The notes under the pieces were generated by a model that was given only the letters and a program-made list of their open reading frames with translations, had not been told where the DNA came from and did not search any database. Both the position numbers and the translations under genes were made by a program. From IMG/VR virus record IMGVR_UViG_3300045988_138852: a DNA stretch of 35,436 nucleotides; one strand, 5' to 3'. The stretch is from a virus. This document shows positions 17,204 through 26,709 of the stretch, piece by piece. Numbering within the stretch: the first letter of the stretch is position 1; each line of letters begins with the position of its first letter.

Positions 17204-17223
17204 GTGAACAAATAACGATACTT

Positions 17224-17248
17224 AAGGCAGCTATATAGCTGTCTTTTG
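17224..17248 (+). terminator. Intrinsic terminator 2 (tandem)
   Basis: aaggcagcta / tagctgtctt palindromic stem followed by tttt. Confidence 0.5.
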
Positions 17249-17340
17249 TTATACAAAAAATTAGCTTAGTACAGAGCGTAATCATGTACACGGAGGAGAA
17301 GCAACCTCGTATAAAAGCGTACCGAGAAAGGAAAAACATC

Positions 17341-17901
17341 ATGAAAAGAGAAGTTATTGAAAATCTCCTTAAGGGACTAGGAGTGGCCGAGGATAAGGTC
17401 AAGGAGGCTGTAGATACTATCATGACCGAAAATGGTAATGACATCGAAAGATATAAAACCTCAGAGACCAACCTTAAATCGCTGCTTAAAACTGCGAACG
17501 AGACACTTGAGAAGTTTAAGGATGTCGACATCGATGGACTTAAAGGTGAAGTGCAAAAGTACAAGGATGCAGCTGCCGAGGCAGAGTCAAATAGCAAAGC
17601 CGAAATCGAAAGGCTGCAATTCGGATATGCTCTTGATGGGGCGCTGAGAACTGCAGGTGCAAAGAACAGTAAAGCAGTAAGAGCGCTACTTGATGAGGCA
17701 GGGCTTAAGCTTAACGGCGACAGCATCGTCGGTCTTGATGAGCAGCTAAAAACCATCAGAGAGAATAACGATTATCTCTTTAATGATGACACAAAGCCAG
17801 TTATCGTTAGATCCACTCCAGGAGCAACTGGTGGAACAGGGTCTGATGATAAGAACAAAGAAGTTAACACAGCAATAAGAAATCTTTTAGGAAAGGAATA
17901 A
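17341..17901 (+). CDS. Scaffolding protein (GP20-like)
   Basis: MKREVIENLLKGLGVAEDKVKEAVDTIMTENGNDIERYK, a helical, charged protein directly upstream of the capsid gene. Confidence 0.7.
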   Translation: MKREVIENLLKGLGVAEDKVKEAVDTIMTENGNDIERYKTSETNLKSLLKTANETLEKFKDVDIDGLKGEVQKYKDAAAEAESNSKAEIERLQFGYALDGALRTAGAKNSKAVRALLDEAGLKLNGDSIVGLDEQLKTIRENNDYLFNDDTKPVIVRSTPGATGGTGSDDKNKEVNTAIRNLLGKE

Positions 17902-17905
17902 TATT

Positions 17906-19084
17906 ATGCTAAACGTAGTAACAAGAGAAAAAGTTGAAGCTCTAATCAGGGAGCAGGTGACTCCAGCAATTTTTCAGGACACACCAAAGGAATCAGTTGT
18001 TTTGAGTCTTGGTAAGAAGCTGCCAAACATGAGCTCAAAGACAACAAGAATCAGAGTAACCGACATTCTACCAATGGCTTACTGGGTAGATGGCGACACA
18101 GGAATGAAGCAGACTAGTGATATGGCATGGGATAATGTGTATCTCACAGCAGGGGAACTCGCAGTTATCGTTCCAATTCCTGAGGCAGTGCTAGATGATG
18201 CAGAATTTGATATCATAGGCGAGATTAAGCCTAGGGTAATTGAGGCAATCGGACAGAAGGTTGATAGCGCAATCCTGTTCGGTGTTAACAGACCAAGAGA
18301 GTGGCAGAACGACGTGATTACAATGGCGAGACAGTCAGGCAACAACGTCGCTCCTGGTTCAAAAGACATGTTCACACTTATCATGGATGAAGGTGGCGTG
18401 CTAAACAAGATCGAGGAGGACGGATATGTTCACTCTGGAGCTATCGCATCAACAGGAATGAAGGCAAAGCTCAGAGGGCTTAAGGGTACAGACGGACATC
18501 CAATCTTCATGTCAACATTGCAGGGGGCAACATCATACGGCCTTGACGGAGCACCTTTGTACTTCCCTGACAATGGAAGCTTTGACAAGAAGATTGCGCA
18601 GCTGATTGTTGGTGATTTCAACAAGCTTGTGTACTCAATCCGTCAGGATGTAACATTTAAGCTACTAACAGAAGGCGTAATCCAGGACCCACAGACAAAG
18701 GAGATTGTATATAACCTCGCGCAGCAGGATATGATTGCCCTAAGAGTTGTATTCAGAATGGGTTGGGCAATGCCAAATCCAGCTACAAGAATGAACGAGG
18801 ACAGAACAGGTTGTCCATTTGCTTATCTTGAGCCAGCTACACCTGTGACAACTCAGAAAGTTACATTCACTGTAAAGAACAAGACTGTCGCAATCGAAGG
18901 CGCAACTGTTGAGGTTAACGGTTCAAGACTAAAGACTAATGCTGCCGGTGTTGCAGAGTTTAATCTAAGAGCTGGAACATATCCAGTAAAGATTAAGGCA
19001 TCTGGATATGCACCTCAGACAGACACAGTGACTGTTGAGTCTGCAGAGGTAACAAAGGCAGTGGTTCTTGTAGCTACTAAGTAG
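17906..19084 (+). CDS. Major capsid protein (HK97 fold) with a C-terminal carboxypeptidase-regulatory-like/Ig-like domain
   Basis: Position after the scaffold gene, with a capsid-like core. The last ~85 aa (VTFTVKNKTVAIEGATVEVNGSRLKTNAAGVAEFNLRAGTYPVKIKASGYAPQTDTVTV) resemble a CarboxypepD_reg beta-sandwich. Confidence 0.8.
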   Translation: MLNVVTREKVEALIREQVTPAIFQDTPKESVVLSLGKKLPNMSSKTTRIRVTDILPMAYWVDGDTGMKQTSDMAWDNVYLTAGELAVIVPIPEAVLDDAEFDIIGEIKPRVIEAIGQKVDSAILFGVNRPREWQNDVITMARQSGNNVAPGSKDMFTLIMDEGGVLNKIEEDGYVHSGAIASTGMKAKLRGLKGTDGHPIFMSTLQGATSYGLDGAPLYFPDNGSFDKKIAQLIVGDFNKLVYSIRQDVTFKLLTEGVIQDPQTKEIVYNLAQQDMIALRVVFRMGWAMPNPATRMNEDRTGCPFAYLEPATPVTTQKVTFTVKNKTVAIEGATVEVNGSRLKTNAAGVAEFNLRAGTYPVKIKASGYAPQTDTVTVESAEVTKAVVLVATK

Positions 19085-19092
19085 GTAGAGCT

Positions 19093-19473
19093 ATGTATCT
19101 GACATATGAGGAGTATAAGGCTTATGGGGGAGAAATCCCCCAGACCGCTTTTGTTAAGTATGAAAGACAAGCTAGGTATACCATCAACTACTATACCTTC
19201 GGACGTATCAAAGAGCCTGTATCCGAAACAGTTAAAGAGTGCATGGTCGAGCTCATGGACTTTGAGTATGAGGTAGATAAGGCACGTGATGAAGGCAGTA
19301 AAGCGATAAAGTCGGAAACTGTCGGAGATCATACTGTTAGTTATGCAGATGGCCTTGACTCATTAGGAATCCAAACTGGTGTAAACACAGGAACAAACAA
19401 GGCATCGCTAGAATATAGCATCGTAGCTAAATATCTGGTGAATACAGGCTTGATGTATAGAGGGGTGGAATAA
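19093..19473 (+). CDS. Head-tail connector/adaptor protein (gp6-like)
   Basis: Synteny directly after the MCP, with typical size. Confidence 0.55.
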   Translation: MYLTYEEYKAYGGEIPQTAFVKYERQARYTINYYTFGRIKEPVSETVKECMVELMDFEYEVDKARDEGSKAIKSETVGDHTVSYADGLDSLGIQTGVNTGTNKASLEYSIVAKYLVNTGLMYRGVE

Positions 19474-19901
19474 TGCTGACAAATGCGGATATTACACTTT
19501 TTAATCGCTATTATGACAATGATAGCGGTGAATACAAATACGCAAGGACATTTCTTAGAGGGGTTAACTGGCAAGACTCCCAAGCTATAAACATCTCGCA
19601 ATCAGCGGGAGTTAAAAGCACGAATCATACACGAGTTTTTATCCCGTTAAAAGTTGACTCGGAAGAGAAAACATACCTCAAGCCTAAGACATTTAAGCGT
19701 AGTGACAAGGTCACTAATTACACTTTGGACAACGCAGATATCGTTGTTAAGGGAATTGTCGATTTTGATATGAACGACGCTCACAACGGCGGTTTTAAAG
19801 CTCTATTGCGTGACTTTGATGATGTGATGAAGATTACTAAGGTAGTTGATAATAGGTATGGTAGCAAGTTAGTACAGCACTTTGAATTGGAGGTTGAATA
19901 A
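19473..19901 (+). CDS. Head-tail joining / head closure protein
   Basis: Synteny. ATGA-type overlap with the upstream gene. Confidence 0.5.
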   Translation: MLTNADITLFNRYYDNDSGEYKYARTFLRGVNWQDSQAINISQSAGVKSTNHTRVFIPLKVDSEEKTYLKPKTFKRSDKVTNYTLDNADIVVKGIVDFDMNDAHNGGFKALLRDFDDVMKITKVVDNRYGSKLVQHFELEVE

Positions 19902-20032
19902 TGGCAAAAGAGTGGAAGGCAGGAGATTATATCCCTGTACAGTATATTAACGCCCTCGAAAAAGAGGTCGAAGAGCTGCGTAAGTTTGCTCCAGGGGATG
20001 GGGACGAAGATGTCGATAAGAGTGAAGGTTGA
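19901..20032 (+). CDS. Small ORF (43 aa, below the track cutoff)
   Basis: My own translation: MAKEWKAGDYIPVQYINALEKEVEELRKFAPGDGDEDVDKSEG. ggagg RBS 7 nt upstream, TAATG overlap with the upstream stop. Confidence 0.45.
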   Translation: MAKEWKAGDYIPVQYINALEKEVEELRKFAPGDGDEDVDKSEG

Positions 20033-20336
20033 CATTGACGCAATAAAGATAGCTAGAAAAAAAGGACTAGATCAAAACGGTGCGGCACAAAGATTTTTTA
20101 CGCATGAGGTTAGACGTTTGTCAGACCCTTATGTACCAAAAAAAGAGGGTGTTCTTAAGGGAACCGCAGTAGAAGGTGTCGATGAAATCGTATACCCTCA
20201 GATATATGCTAAAAAGCAGTACTATGAAAATAGAGGCAGAGGCATGAGGGGAAAACGATGGGACCGTAGAATGGTTGCACAACGAGGACCTGCCCTTTTA
20301 GCTAGTGTAGTTAAGTTTATAGCAAGGAGGGGATAA
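20010..20336 (+). CDS. Minor capsid / HK97 gp10-like head-tail joining protein
   Basis: MSIRVKVDIDAIK...RFFTHEVRRLSDPYVPKKEGVLKG resembles the phage Minor_capsid_1 family. The start is uncertain (19986, 19998 or 20010). Confidence 0.55.
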   Translation: MSIRVKVDIDAIKIARKKGLDQNGAAQRFFTHEVRRLSDPYVPKKEGVLKGTAVEGVDEIVYPQIYAKKQYYENRGRGMRGKRWDRRMVAQRGPALLASVVKFIARRG

Positions 20337-20773
20337 TGGCTGATGTAATAATCATGGACGCAATAAGAAATCTTATAAAGACTTGCCCGCATATCGATAA
20401 GTTTGCTGAGGGGATAGGAATAGATTATCTTGCAGAAGACCCTACTTGCTATGCAGTTGAGTCATCGCCCGCAGACCTTATTTTAAAGAGATATATCAAC
20501 GGAGACAGCGAACGTCAACAGGTCTTCGTTTTTTCGAGCAGAGAGGCGTACGGCGCTGATGTAAGACAAAACATTGAAAACATTGGTTTCTTTCAGCTTT
20601 TTGCTAGCTGGCTTGCGTCGATAAGCAAAAATAGGAACTTTATAGACTTGGGCTCAAATAGATGCCCAGTGAAAATTGAAGCCCTAACAACAGGCTACGT
20701 CTTTGATGTAGACGAATCAAGGGCAAAGTATCAAATCGATTGTAGGCTTGTATACCTACAGGAAGGAGAATAG
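20336..20773 (+). CDS. Tail completion / tail terminator-like protein
   Basis: Synteny only. aggagg RBS. Confidence 0.45.
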   Translation: MADVIIMDAIRNLIKTCPHIDKFAEGIGIDYLAEDPTCYAVESSPADLILKRYINGDSERQQVFVFSSREAYGADVRQNIENIGFFQLFASWLASISKNRNFIDLGSNRCPVKIEALTTGYVFDVDESRAKYQIDCRLVYLQEGE

Positions 20774-20775
20774 AT

Positions 20776-21282
20776 ATGGCATTAACAGAAGTTAGAAAAA
20801 GAGTTGCACAGGCAAGTTATCTAGACTGTGCAAAGACTGGTGAAACAGCAGCTATGGAGCTACTTGGCACAGGGTTCAGGGAACTCAACGAAGAGCCAAG
20901 TGCACAGGTGAGAAGCAAGCGATATATTAACCAGAAATCCACATCAAAGGGTATTTCAGGTTACGAGTGGCAGTCTCCGTTTTCTGCTGATCAGATTCGC
21001 AGTGAAAAAGCTATTGCCTTCATCTGTGAAATTGGCGAAAGACAGAGGACTGGAGCAGATGTTGAAAGAGACTACATCATAGTTGACCTTGATCAGAAAG
21101 TAGGAGGCGGAGCAACCACTTTCAGCGCTAGAAAAATAAAGGTAGCCATAGAGGTTTCTAAGTTTGGTAACGAGGATGGCGAGATGACTTGCGAAGGAAA
21201 CTTCTTGGGCGTTAGTGATGTTGTTGTGGGAACATTCGACACATCAAACAAAAAGTTCACTGAGACAGTGATAGCTGGTTAA
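20776..21282 (+). CDS. Major tail protein
   Basis: Position immediately upstream of the chaperone pair and TMP. 168 aa, strong RBS. Confidence 0.6.
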   Translation: MALTEVRKRVAQASYLDCAKTGETAAMELLGTGFRELNEEPSAQVRSKRYINQKSTSKGISGYEWQSPFSADQIRSEKAIAFICEIGERQRTGADVERDYIIVDLDQKVGGGATTFSARKIKVAIEVSKFGNEDGEMTCEGNFLGVSDVVVGTFDTSNKKFTETVIAG

Positions 21283-21297
21283 TAAAGGAGCAACACA

Positions 21298-21645
21298 ATG
21301 GTTAATACAAAAATAACATTCGCAAATGGGCAGGATCTCGTAGCAGATTTTTACGATCTAGACTTTCGTACATCATATAAGTCCAACATGGCAACTTTTG
21401 TTGAGGAAATCAACGGAATTGACCTTTCACAGGATGACGACATTGTCCTCAGCAATCAGATGGACGCGCTCAAACGTTGTATTGATAGTATTTGGGGTCC
21501 AGGCGAAGGAGATAGAGTCTTTGGCGGAAAACGAAATGTCATGATGATGTTTGACGTTATGAATAAGCTGCGTGAGCTTAATGAGGCTGTTAACGAAGAT
21601 CTTGTTGCAACAAGCAAAGCTATGCAGCTTGAGCTAGCGAAATGA
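21298..21645 (+). CDS. Tail assembly chaperone
   Basis: Synteny (first of two small genes before the TMP). Confidence 0.55.
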   Translation: MVNTKITFANGQDLVADFYDLDFRTSYKSNMATFVEEINGIDLSQDDDIVLSNQMDALKRCIDSIWGPGEGDRVFGGKRNVMMMFDVMNKLRELNEAVNEDLVATSKAMQLELAK

Positions 21646-22271
21646 TAGGTAGTATATTAACCAATAAACCGAGCAAATCAGTAACTATAAGAGGTGTTGA
21701 GGTTCCCATAAACTGGGACTTTCGCACCTCTATTAAGTTTACTGAGTTACTGACAGACCGCGATTTATCCAAAATTGAGTTAATCAAAAAGGGCGTGCGT
21801 CTTTACTATGGAACATGGGCAGATACACATAGTTTTGCAGAAGGAGAGCTTGAAGAAGCTATCGAAAAGATGATTGAGTTTTATTCATACAGTGTAGCAC
21901 CTGTAAATAGTAAGAATAAATCATCGAAAAAGCAATCGTATTCATTTACTTATGATGCTGAGTATGTTTACGCAGCCTTTTGGGAACAGTACAAGATTGA
22001 TTTATCTGTCGTTGAAATGCATTGGTGGAACTTCAAGGCCCTATTTAATGGGCTTAGCGAGAACACACAGTTCGGAAAGATTATTGGTTATAGGACAATG
22101 GACATATCGAGGCTTAGTGACGAGGAGAAGAAGTTTTATCGCGAGATGAAATCGCTATATAAACTACCTACAAATGAGTCTGAAATCGATGAAGCGCTTA
22201 GCAATGAACTTGCAGAGGCACTTGAAAATGGCGGTGATATTGATGCAATCCTGTCAAAAAAATATGATTAA
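21642..22271 (+). CDS. Tail assembly protein (phage Gp15-like)
   Basis: Synteny. ATGA overlap with the preceding chaperone gene. Confidence 0.55.
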   Translation: MIGSILTNKPSKSVTIRGVEVPINWDFRTSIKFTELLTDRDLSKIELIKKGVRLYYGTWADTHSFAEGELEEAIEKMIEFYSYSVAPVNSKNKSSKKQSYSFTYDAEYVYAAFWEQYKIDLSVVEMHWWNFKALFNGLSENTQFGKIIGYRTMDISRLSDEEKKFYREMKSLYKLPTNESEIDEALSNELAEALENGGDIDAILSKKYD

Positions 22272-22410
22272 AGTCAAATGCAGTGGATGTGGGCAGACAC
22301 TGTGTAGGGCTAATTTAACGGACGGAGAAGTCGAAATAAAATGCCCACGCTGTAAAAGAATAACATTGATTGAAAGCAAGATAAAGAGCAGAGAGAGCAC
22401 AGATAAGTAG
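22264..22410 (+). CDS. Com-like zinc-finger protein (Mu Com family)
   Basis: MIKVKCSGCGQTLCRANLTDGEVEIKCPRCKRITLIES parallels Mu Com (CxxC...IEIRCPRCK). Confidence 0.65.
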   Translation: MIKVKCSGCGQTLCRANLTDGEVEIKCPRCKRITLIESKIKSRESTDK

Positions 22411-22419
22411 CTGAGTCAA

Positions 22420-22443
22420 CCTGTCTTGATGATATAAGGCAGG
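22420..22443 (+). promoter_or_regulatory. Stem-loop overlapping the tape-measure Shine-Dalgarno sequence
   Basis: cctgtctt (22420-22427) pairs with aaggcagg (22436-22443), 8 bp with one G-U and an 8-nt loop. The 3' arm runs into aggtgat, the SD for ATG 22451. Confidence 0.45.
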
Positions 22444-22450
22444 TGATTAC

Positions 22451-25400
22451 ATGGCAGATGGTAAGGTTACTATAGAAACCATATTGGATTCCAGAGAATT
22501 TAATAAAGCTGTAAGAGAGCTATCTGGCACGACAAAAAAAGGGCTTAAAGTTGTCACTGAAGCTGTTGCAAGTACCGCAACTGCTTTGGGAGGATTAGGA
22601 CTGCTTGCTATTAAGCAGGGAATTGCTTTTGAAAGTGCATTTGCTGGTGTTAAAAAGACTGTAGATGCAACGGACAAAGAGCTTGCTGAATTTGAACAAG
22701 GCATACGAGATATGGCAAAATCTATGCCTCAGTCAGCGACTGCTATTGCGTCAGTCGCAGAGGCTGCAGGTCAGCTGGGCATCAAAAATGAGAGCTTATT
22801 GCAATTTACGAAAACAATGGTAATGCTCGGAGATGCAACAAACATGACATCTGACGAGGCAGCTACTGCTCTTGCTAGATTTGCCAACATAACTGGCATG
22901 AGTCAAGATAACTTTGATAAGCTTGGATCTACCATCGTAGCGCTTGGAAATAATCTTGCTACAACCGAGTCAGAAATTGTGGACATGGCGATGAGAATAG
23001 CAGGTGCGGGTCACCAAGTAGGTTTGACGGAAGCCCAAATCATGTCGTTCTCTGGAGCACTATCTTCGGTAGGTATTGAAGCTGAAGCTGGAGGAACAGC
23101 TTTTTCTAATTTAATTTCAAAGATGAGTCTTGCGACACAAAAGGGTGGCGAGCAGTTAGAGCAATTCGCTTCCGTTGCAGGAATGAGCGCTGATGAGTTT
23201 AAAAAGGCATTCGAAGAGGATGCAGCGAGTGCAATCATAAGCTTTATTAAAGGACTCGACAACATAAACAAAAATGGTGGGTCTGCAATTAAGACGCTCG
23301 ATGATATAGGGTTATCAGATATACGTATGCGAGATGCACTATTAAGAGCATCAGGTGCAAGCGATGTATTTAGTAAAGCACTGTCGATAGGCACAAAAGC
23401 CTGGAGCGAAAATACCGCGCTCACACACGAAGCAGAAGAGCGATATAAGACCCTTGAATCAAGGCTAGGAATTTTTAAGAATACTATAACAGACATAGGC
23501 ATATCGCTCTACAAGTCAGTAGATACCCCTTTGGGTGATATTGTAACTTCAGCAACAGATGCAGCAAACGGCTTATCTAAAGCATTTGAGCAGGACGGTA
23601 TTCAAGGTCTCGCAAAGGCAATAGGAGATGTATTAGCTGATGCGGCAACCGCTGCAGCAAAACACGCTCCTGAACTCATTTCTGCCGGAGCTAAGACCGT
23701 TAAGGCTTTTGTAGACGGATTATATGCACATCGAGGCGAAATTGTTTCTGCTGCAGGTGATATGGCAATGGCGCTTGCTAGTGGTATTGCCGATATGCTC
23801 CCTAAAGGTCTAGGAAACACAATTAAAAACCTCACTGAGGTGACTATTTCTATTGCTAAGCCTCTTCTAAAGATGGCTGATGGGTTACTTAGAGTTGCAT
23901 CCGCTGGATCTAGCCTAGCTCCAATACTAGCTGGATTAATTGGGGCGTTCAAAATACACTCAAAGCTCACACCAATCATACGACTATATAAAGAGTTTGT
24001 CGTTGCACAAAAGGCACTAGGTACGGCTATGGCAGTATCGATGGTCAGCGAAAAAGGAGCTACTGCTGCGCGAATCGTAAACAATGCTGTTACGACATTT
24101 GCTGCAGCTAAGGCAAAAGCGCTAGCAGCTGCAGAAACACGAAATGCATTAGCCACCGCAGGCGGAACTACAGCAACAATAGCAAATACTATGGCTGTAC
24201 AGGCTCAGGGAGTTGCAGCAGGTATTGCTGCAGTTGCTACAAAGGGACTTAGCGCAGCGATGTCATTTTTGGGCGGACCAATGGGGCTCATAATAACTGC
24301 GGTCGGAGCGTTAGCTGGTGCATTTTTACTGTTATCAAAAAAAGAAGAGAGCGAAGCAGAAAAGTCAAGAAAAGCCATAGAGGAAAAGAAGAAGAAAATC
24401 TATGAGCTTCGAGACGCATATAAGGAATCAATTAAGACCGCTGAGGAGCAACTCGAAAAAGACTTAATCCAGATCAATAACACGAAAAAACTTGCTCAGG
24501 AACTAGGAACAATAGTTGACGCAAACGGTAGAGTAAAAGATGGCTACCAGGACCGTGCAAACTTTATTGTTGGTCAGTTAAAGGAAGCAACTGGGCTTGA
24601 AATACAGATGGTAGATGGAGAGATACAGAAGTATGACGAAATCAAAGGGCAAATTGATAGCTATATAGAGAAAAAGAAAGCTGAAATCATAATTAAGTCG
24701 AATGAAGAAGGTTATAAAAAAGCACTAGAGCTACAGCAAAAAGAAGTAGATATGTATGTTCAGCAGAAGAAAGAGCTTGATGAGATTGTTCAAAAGCGTA
24801 AAGAGGCTGAAAAGCAAACAAAAGGCTTGACAGGACGTGAATTAGAAGAAGCCAAAGGGGCGGTAAGTCAGTACAAAGAACTTGAGAAAAATAAACGTAA
24901 GGAAATTTCAAAAACAGAAAACTCTTTAAGAGACTCTCTCGAAACTCGTAAGGCTTACGAAAAGATGTATGCTGATTTTGAAGCGGGGAATTATTCTGCA
25001 ATAACTATGGTTGCAGAGGACCATGCTAAAAAAATGTCTGAAATTGAGGGTATGAAAAAGGATGACCTCAAAGCCACGATTAAGGACAAAGAAGATAATT
25101 TGGCTTACCTCAAAGAATTGCAAAAGGACTTTAATACGCAAGAAGTTCAGGACGCAATAGACGCATCTGAACAGGAACTTCAGCTTGCTCGCGATAAGTA
25201 TAAAAGTATGGAGAGCGAGACGAAGAGTGGTGGAGACAAAGTTGCAAAGGCATCAGGCGATGCTGCCATGAGCGCATTTAATGCTGCAGTTAATGCAAGA
25301 AATTCATGCGACTGGAGTGGCTTGGGTCAAAGCTTTTGTGATGGCATAATTGCTGGCATAAATGCTGGAGCACAAGCTGTCAAGAACGCCGTTGCAAATG

Positions 25401-25843
25401 TAGTTGCACAGTCTGAAAAAGCTGGACGTAAAAAAGCGAAAACAAATTCTCCGTCCAAGCTATTTAGGGATGGACTTGGTAAATCGTTCCCTGAGGGCAT
25501 GGCAGTTGGAGTAAGCAGGAACGCATATCTCCTTGACAGAGCTATCGAGGAGAGCATAGAGCATGCACTTAGAGCTGGAAGTAAAGTAAGTACTGGCATC
25601 GATAGCGCGATAGGCGGTATTGATGTAGATGTCAACTTTGCAAAAATCAATACTGCTATAAGTAATCAGAAGAGCATCGTTCCGAAGGCTATCTATGGAA
25701 ATGTTAATGCTGGAGGCGTGCAAGCGACAGGTGCAACAAAAATTGAGCAAACAATAATATTCGAAGATAAAATACAGTCTCCAGCAGACATAGCAAGAGC
25801 TATACGTAAAGAGGCTGTTATTTTAGGTTTAGGAGGACATTAG
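22451..25843 (+). CDS. Tail tape measure protein
   Basis: 1130 aa with a TP901-type TMP N-terminal region, an Ala/Gly-rich hydrophobic segment and a long coiled coil. Canonical position. Confidence 0.9.
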   Translation: MADGKVTIETILDSREFNKAVRELSGTTKKGLKVVTEAVASTATALGGLGLLAIKQGIAFESAFAGVKKTVDATDKELAEFEQGIRDMAKSMPQSATAIASVAEAAGQLGIKNESLLQFTKTMVMLGDATNMTSDEAATALARFANITGMSQDNFDKLGSTIVALGNNLATTESEIVDMAMRIAGAGHQVGLTEAQIMSFSGALSSVGIEAEAGGTAFSNLISKMSLATQKGGEQLEQFASVAGMSADEFKKAFEEDAASAIISFIKGLDNINKNGGSAIKTLDDIGLSDIRMRDALLRASGASDVFSKALSIGTKAWSENTALTHEAEERYKTLESRLGIFKNTITDIGISLYKSVDTPLGDIVTSATDAANGLSKAFEQDGIQGLAKAIGDVLADAATAAAKHAPELISAGAKTVKAFVDGLYAHRGEIVSAAGDMAMALASGIADMLPKGLGNTIKNLTEVTISIAKPLLKMADGLLRVASAGSSLAPILAGLIGAFKIHSKLTPIIRLYKEFVVAQKALGTAMAVSMVSEKGATAARIVNNAVTTFAAAKAKALAAAETRNALATAGGTTATIANTMAVQAQGVAAGIAAVATKGLSAAMSFLGGPMGLIITAVGALAGAFLLLSKKEESEAEKSRKAIEEKKKKIYELRDAYKESIKTAEEQLEKDLIQINNTKKLAQELGTIVDANGRVKDGYQDRANFIVGQLKEATGLEIQMVDGEIQKYDEIKGQIDSYIEKKKAEIIIKSNEEGYKKALELQQKEVDMYVQQKKELDEIVQKRKEAEKQTKGLTGRELEEAKGAVSQYKELEKNKRKEISKTENSLRDSLETRKAYEKMYADFEAGNYSAITMVAEDHAKKMSEIEGMKKDDLKATIKDKEDNLAYLKELQKDFNTQEVQDAIDASEQELQLARDKYKSMESETKSGGDKVAKASGDAAMSAFNAAVNARNSCDWSGLGQSFCDGIIAGINAGAQAVKNAVANVVAQSEKAGRKKAKTNSPSKLFRDGLGKSFPEGMAVGVSRNAYLLDRAIEESIEHALRAGSKVSTGIDSAIGGIDVDVNFAKINTAISNQKSIVPKAIYGNVNAGGVQATGATKIEQTIIFEDKIQSPADIARAIRKEAVILGLGGH

Positions 25844-26709
25844 TGAGCAAAAAATTTGAGCTATTTGAACTAAACGTAATACGGTCAGACGGGTTAAGGC
25901 ACACGTTAGGAAAAGGAGATTGGGGAGTAGAGTCATTGACAGGGGTCGACTTCCCTGAAATCGAGATTTTTAGTGAACCCAGGGGTTACGGAAACGGTGA
26001 TATTGTAACGGGCAAACGCAAGAAATCAAGACTAATTACATTCACAGCATCTTTCAGAGCAAGTGATGATAAGTATGAATCGGAACGCAGAAATGTACTC
26101 GGGTTTTACAATGCGAATTACACATATCAACTTGAGGTTACATATCTAGGCAATACGCTTTTAGCAAAAGAATGCGAACTAGTAGCTGCCAATTATCCAA
26201 GTGCAAATATATATGATAGTCCTGACTTGTCAATTAGTCTTATGTCGCCTTACCCGGACTTATTCGCAGATAACAAAGAAACGACAAGCTTTAGCTCCGT
26301 GACACCTATGTGGCACTGGAAGAGAATATATATTGGTGATGAAGGCAAACTCGCATTTGGCGAGATAACAAAGACTGACACAAAGGTAATCAATTACCTC
26401 GGTAGCGAGCCAGCTCCGATTGTGATTACAGTAAAGTCCACTGGCTACGTTCAAGGTGTCGACATCGAGATGGGTGACCTTAAGACTAGTGTGAAAACGG
26501 TCTTAAATGCGTCTGATGTCCTCGTTATTGATTGCGACAAGCGAATGGTCAAAAAGAACGGTAAAGACGTGCCATACAGCGATTTTGACGCTAGAGACCT
26601 CATGCAGATGGTACTTGGCTATGGTGATAATCAAATCAAAATATCAAAAGACGGCAATACAGCATTTACCGCAGAAGTAAGCTATGTTGGTAGGTATGGA
26701 GGTGTGTAA
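25843..26709 (+). CDS. Distal tail protein (Dit)
   Basis: GTG start 6 nt after aggagg. Directly follows the TMP, with typical size. Confidence 0.65.
   Translation: MSKKFELFELNVIRSDGLRHTLGKGDWGVESLTGVDFPEIEIFSEPRGYGNGDIVTGKRKKSRLITFTASFRASDDKYESERRNVLGFYNANYTYQLEVTYLGNTLLAKECELVAANYPSANIYDSPDLSISLMSPYPDLFADNKETTSFSSVTPMWHWKRIYIGDEGKLAFGEITKTDTKVINYLGSEPAPIVITVKSTGYVQGVDIEMGDLKTSVKTVLNASDVLVIDCDKRMVKKNGKDVPYSDFDARDLMQMVLGYGDNQIKISKDGNTAFTAEVSYVGRYGGV

Noticed and set aside
17160-17756. 198-aa minus-strand ORF opposite the scaffold gene
   Set aside because: The translation is Ser/Ala/Leu-rich and low-complexity. It overlaps both terminators and the scaffold gene. The plus-strand scaffold reading has an RBS and the expected synteny.
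21600-21660. Programmed -1 frameshift between the two tail chaperone genes
   Set aside because: The second gene has its own ATG in an ATGA overlap. I see no slippery heptamer (XXXYYYZ) near the end of the first ORF.
23011-24156. Two long minus-strand ORFs (163 and 184 aa) inside the tape-measure gene
   Set aside because: These are antisense frames of an Ala/Gly-rich gene, which stay open by composition. They have no RBS and no recognisable domains.
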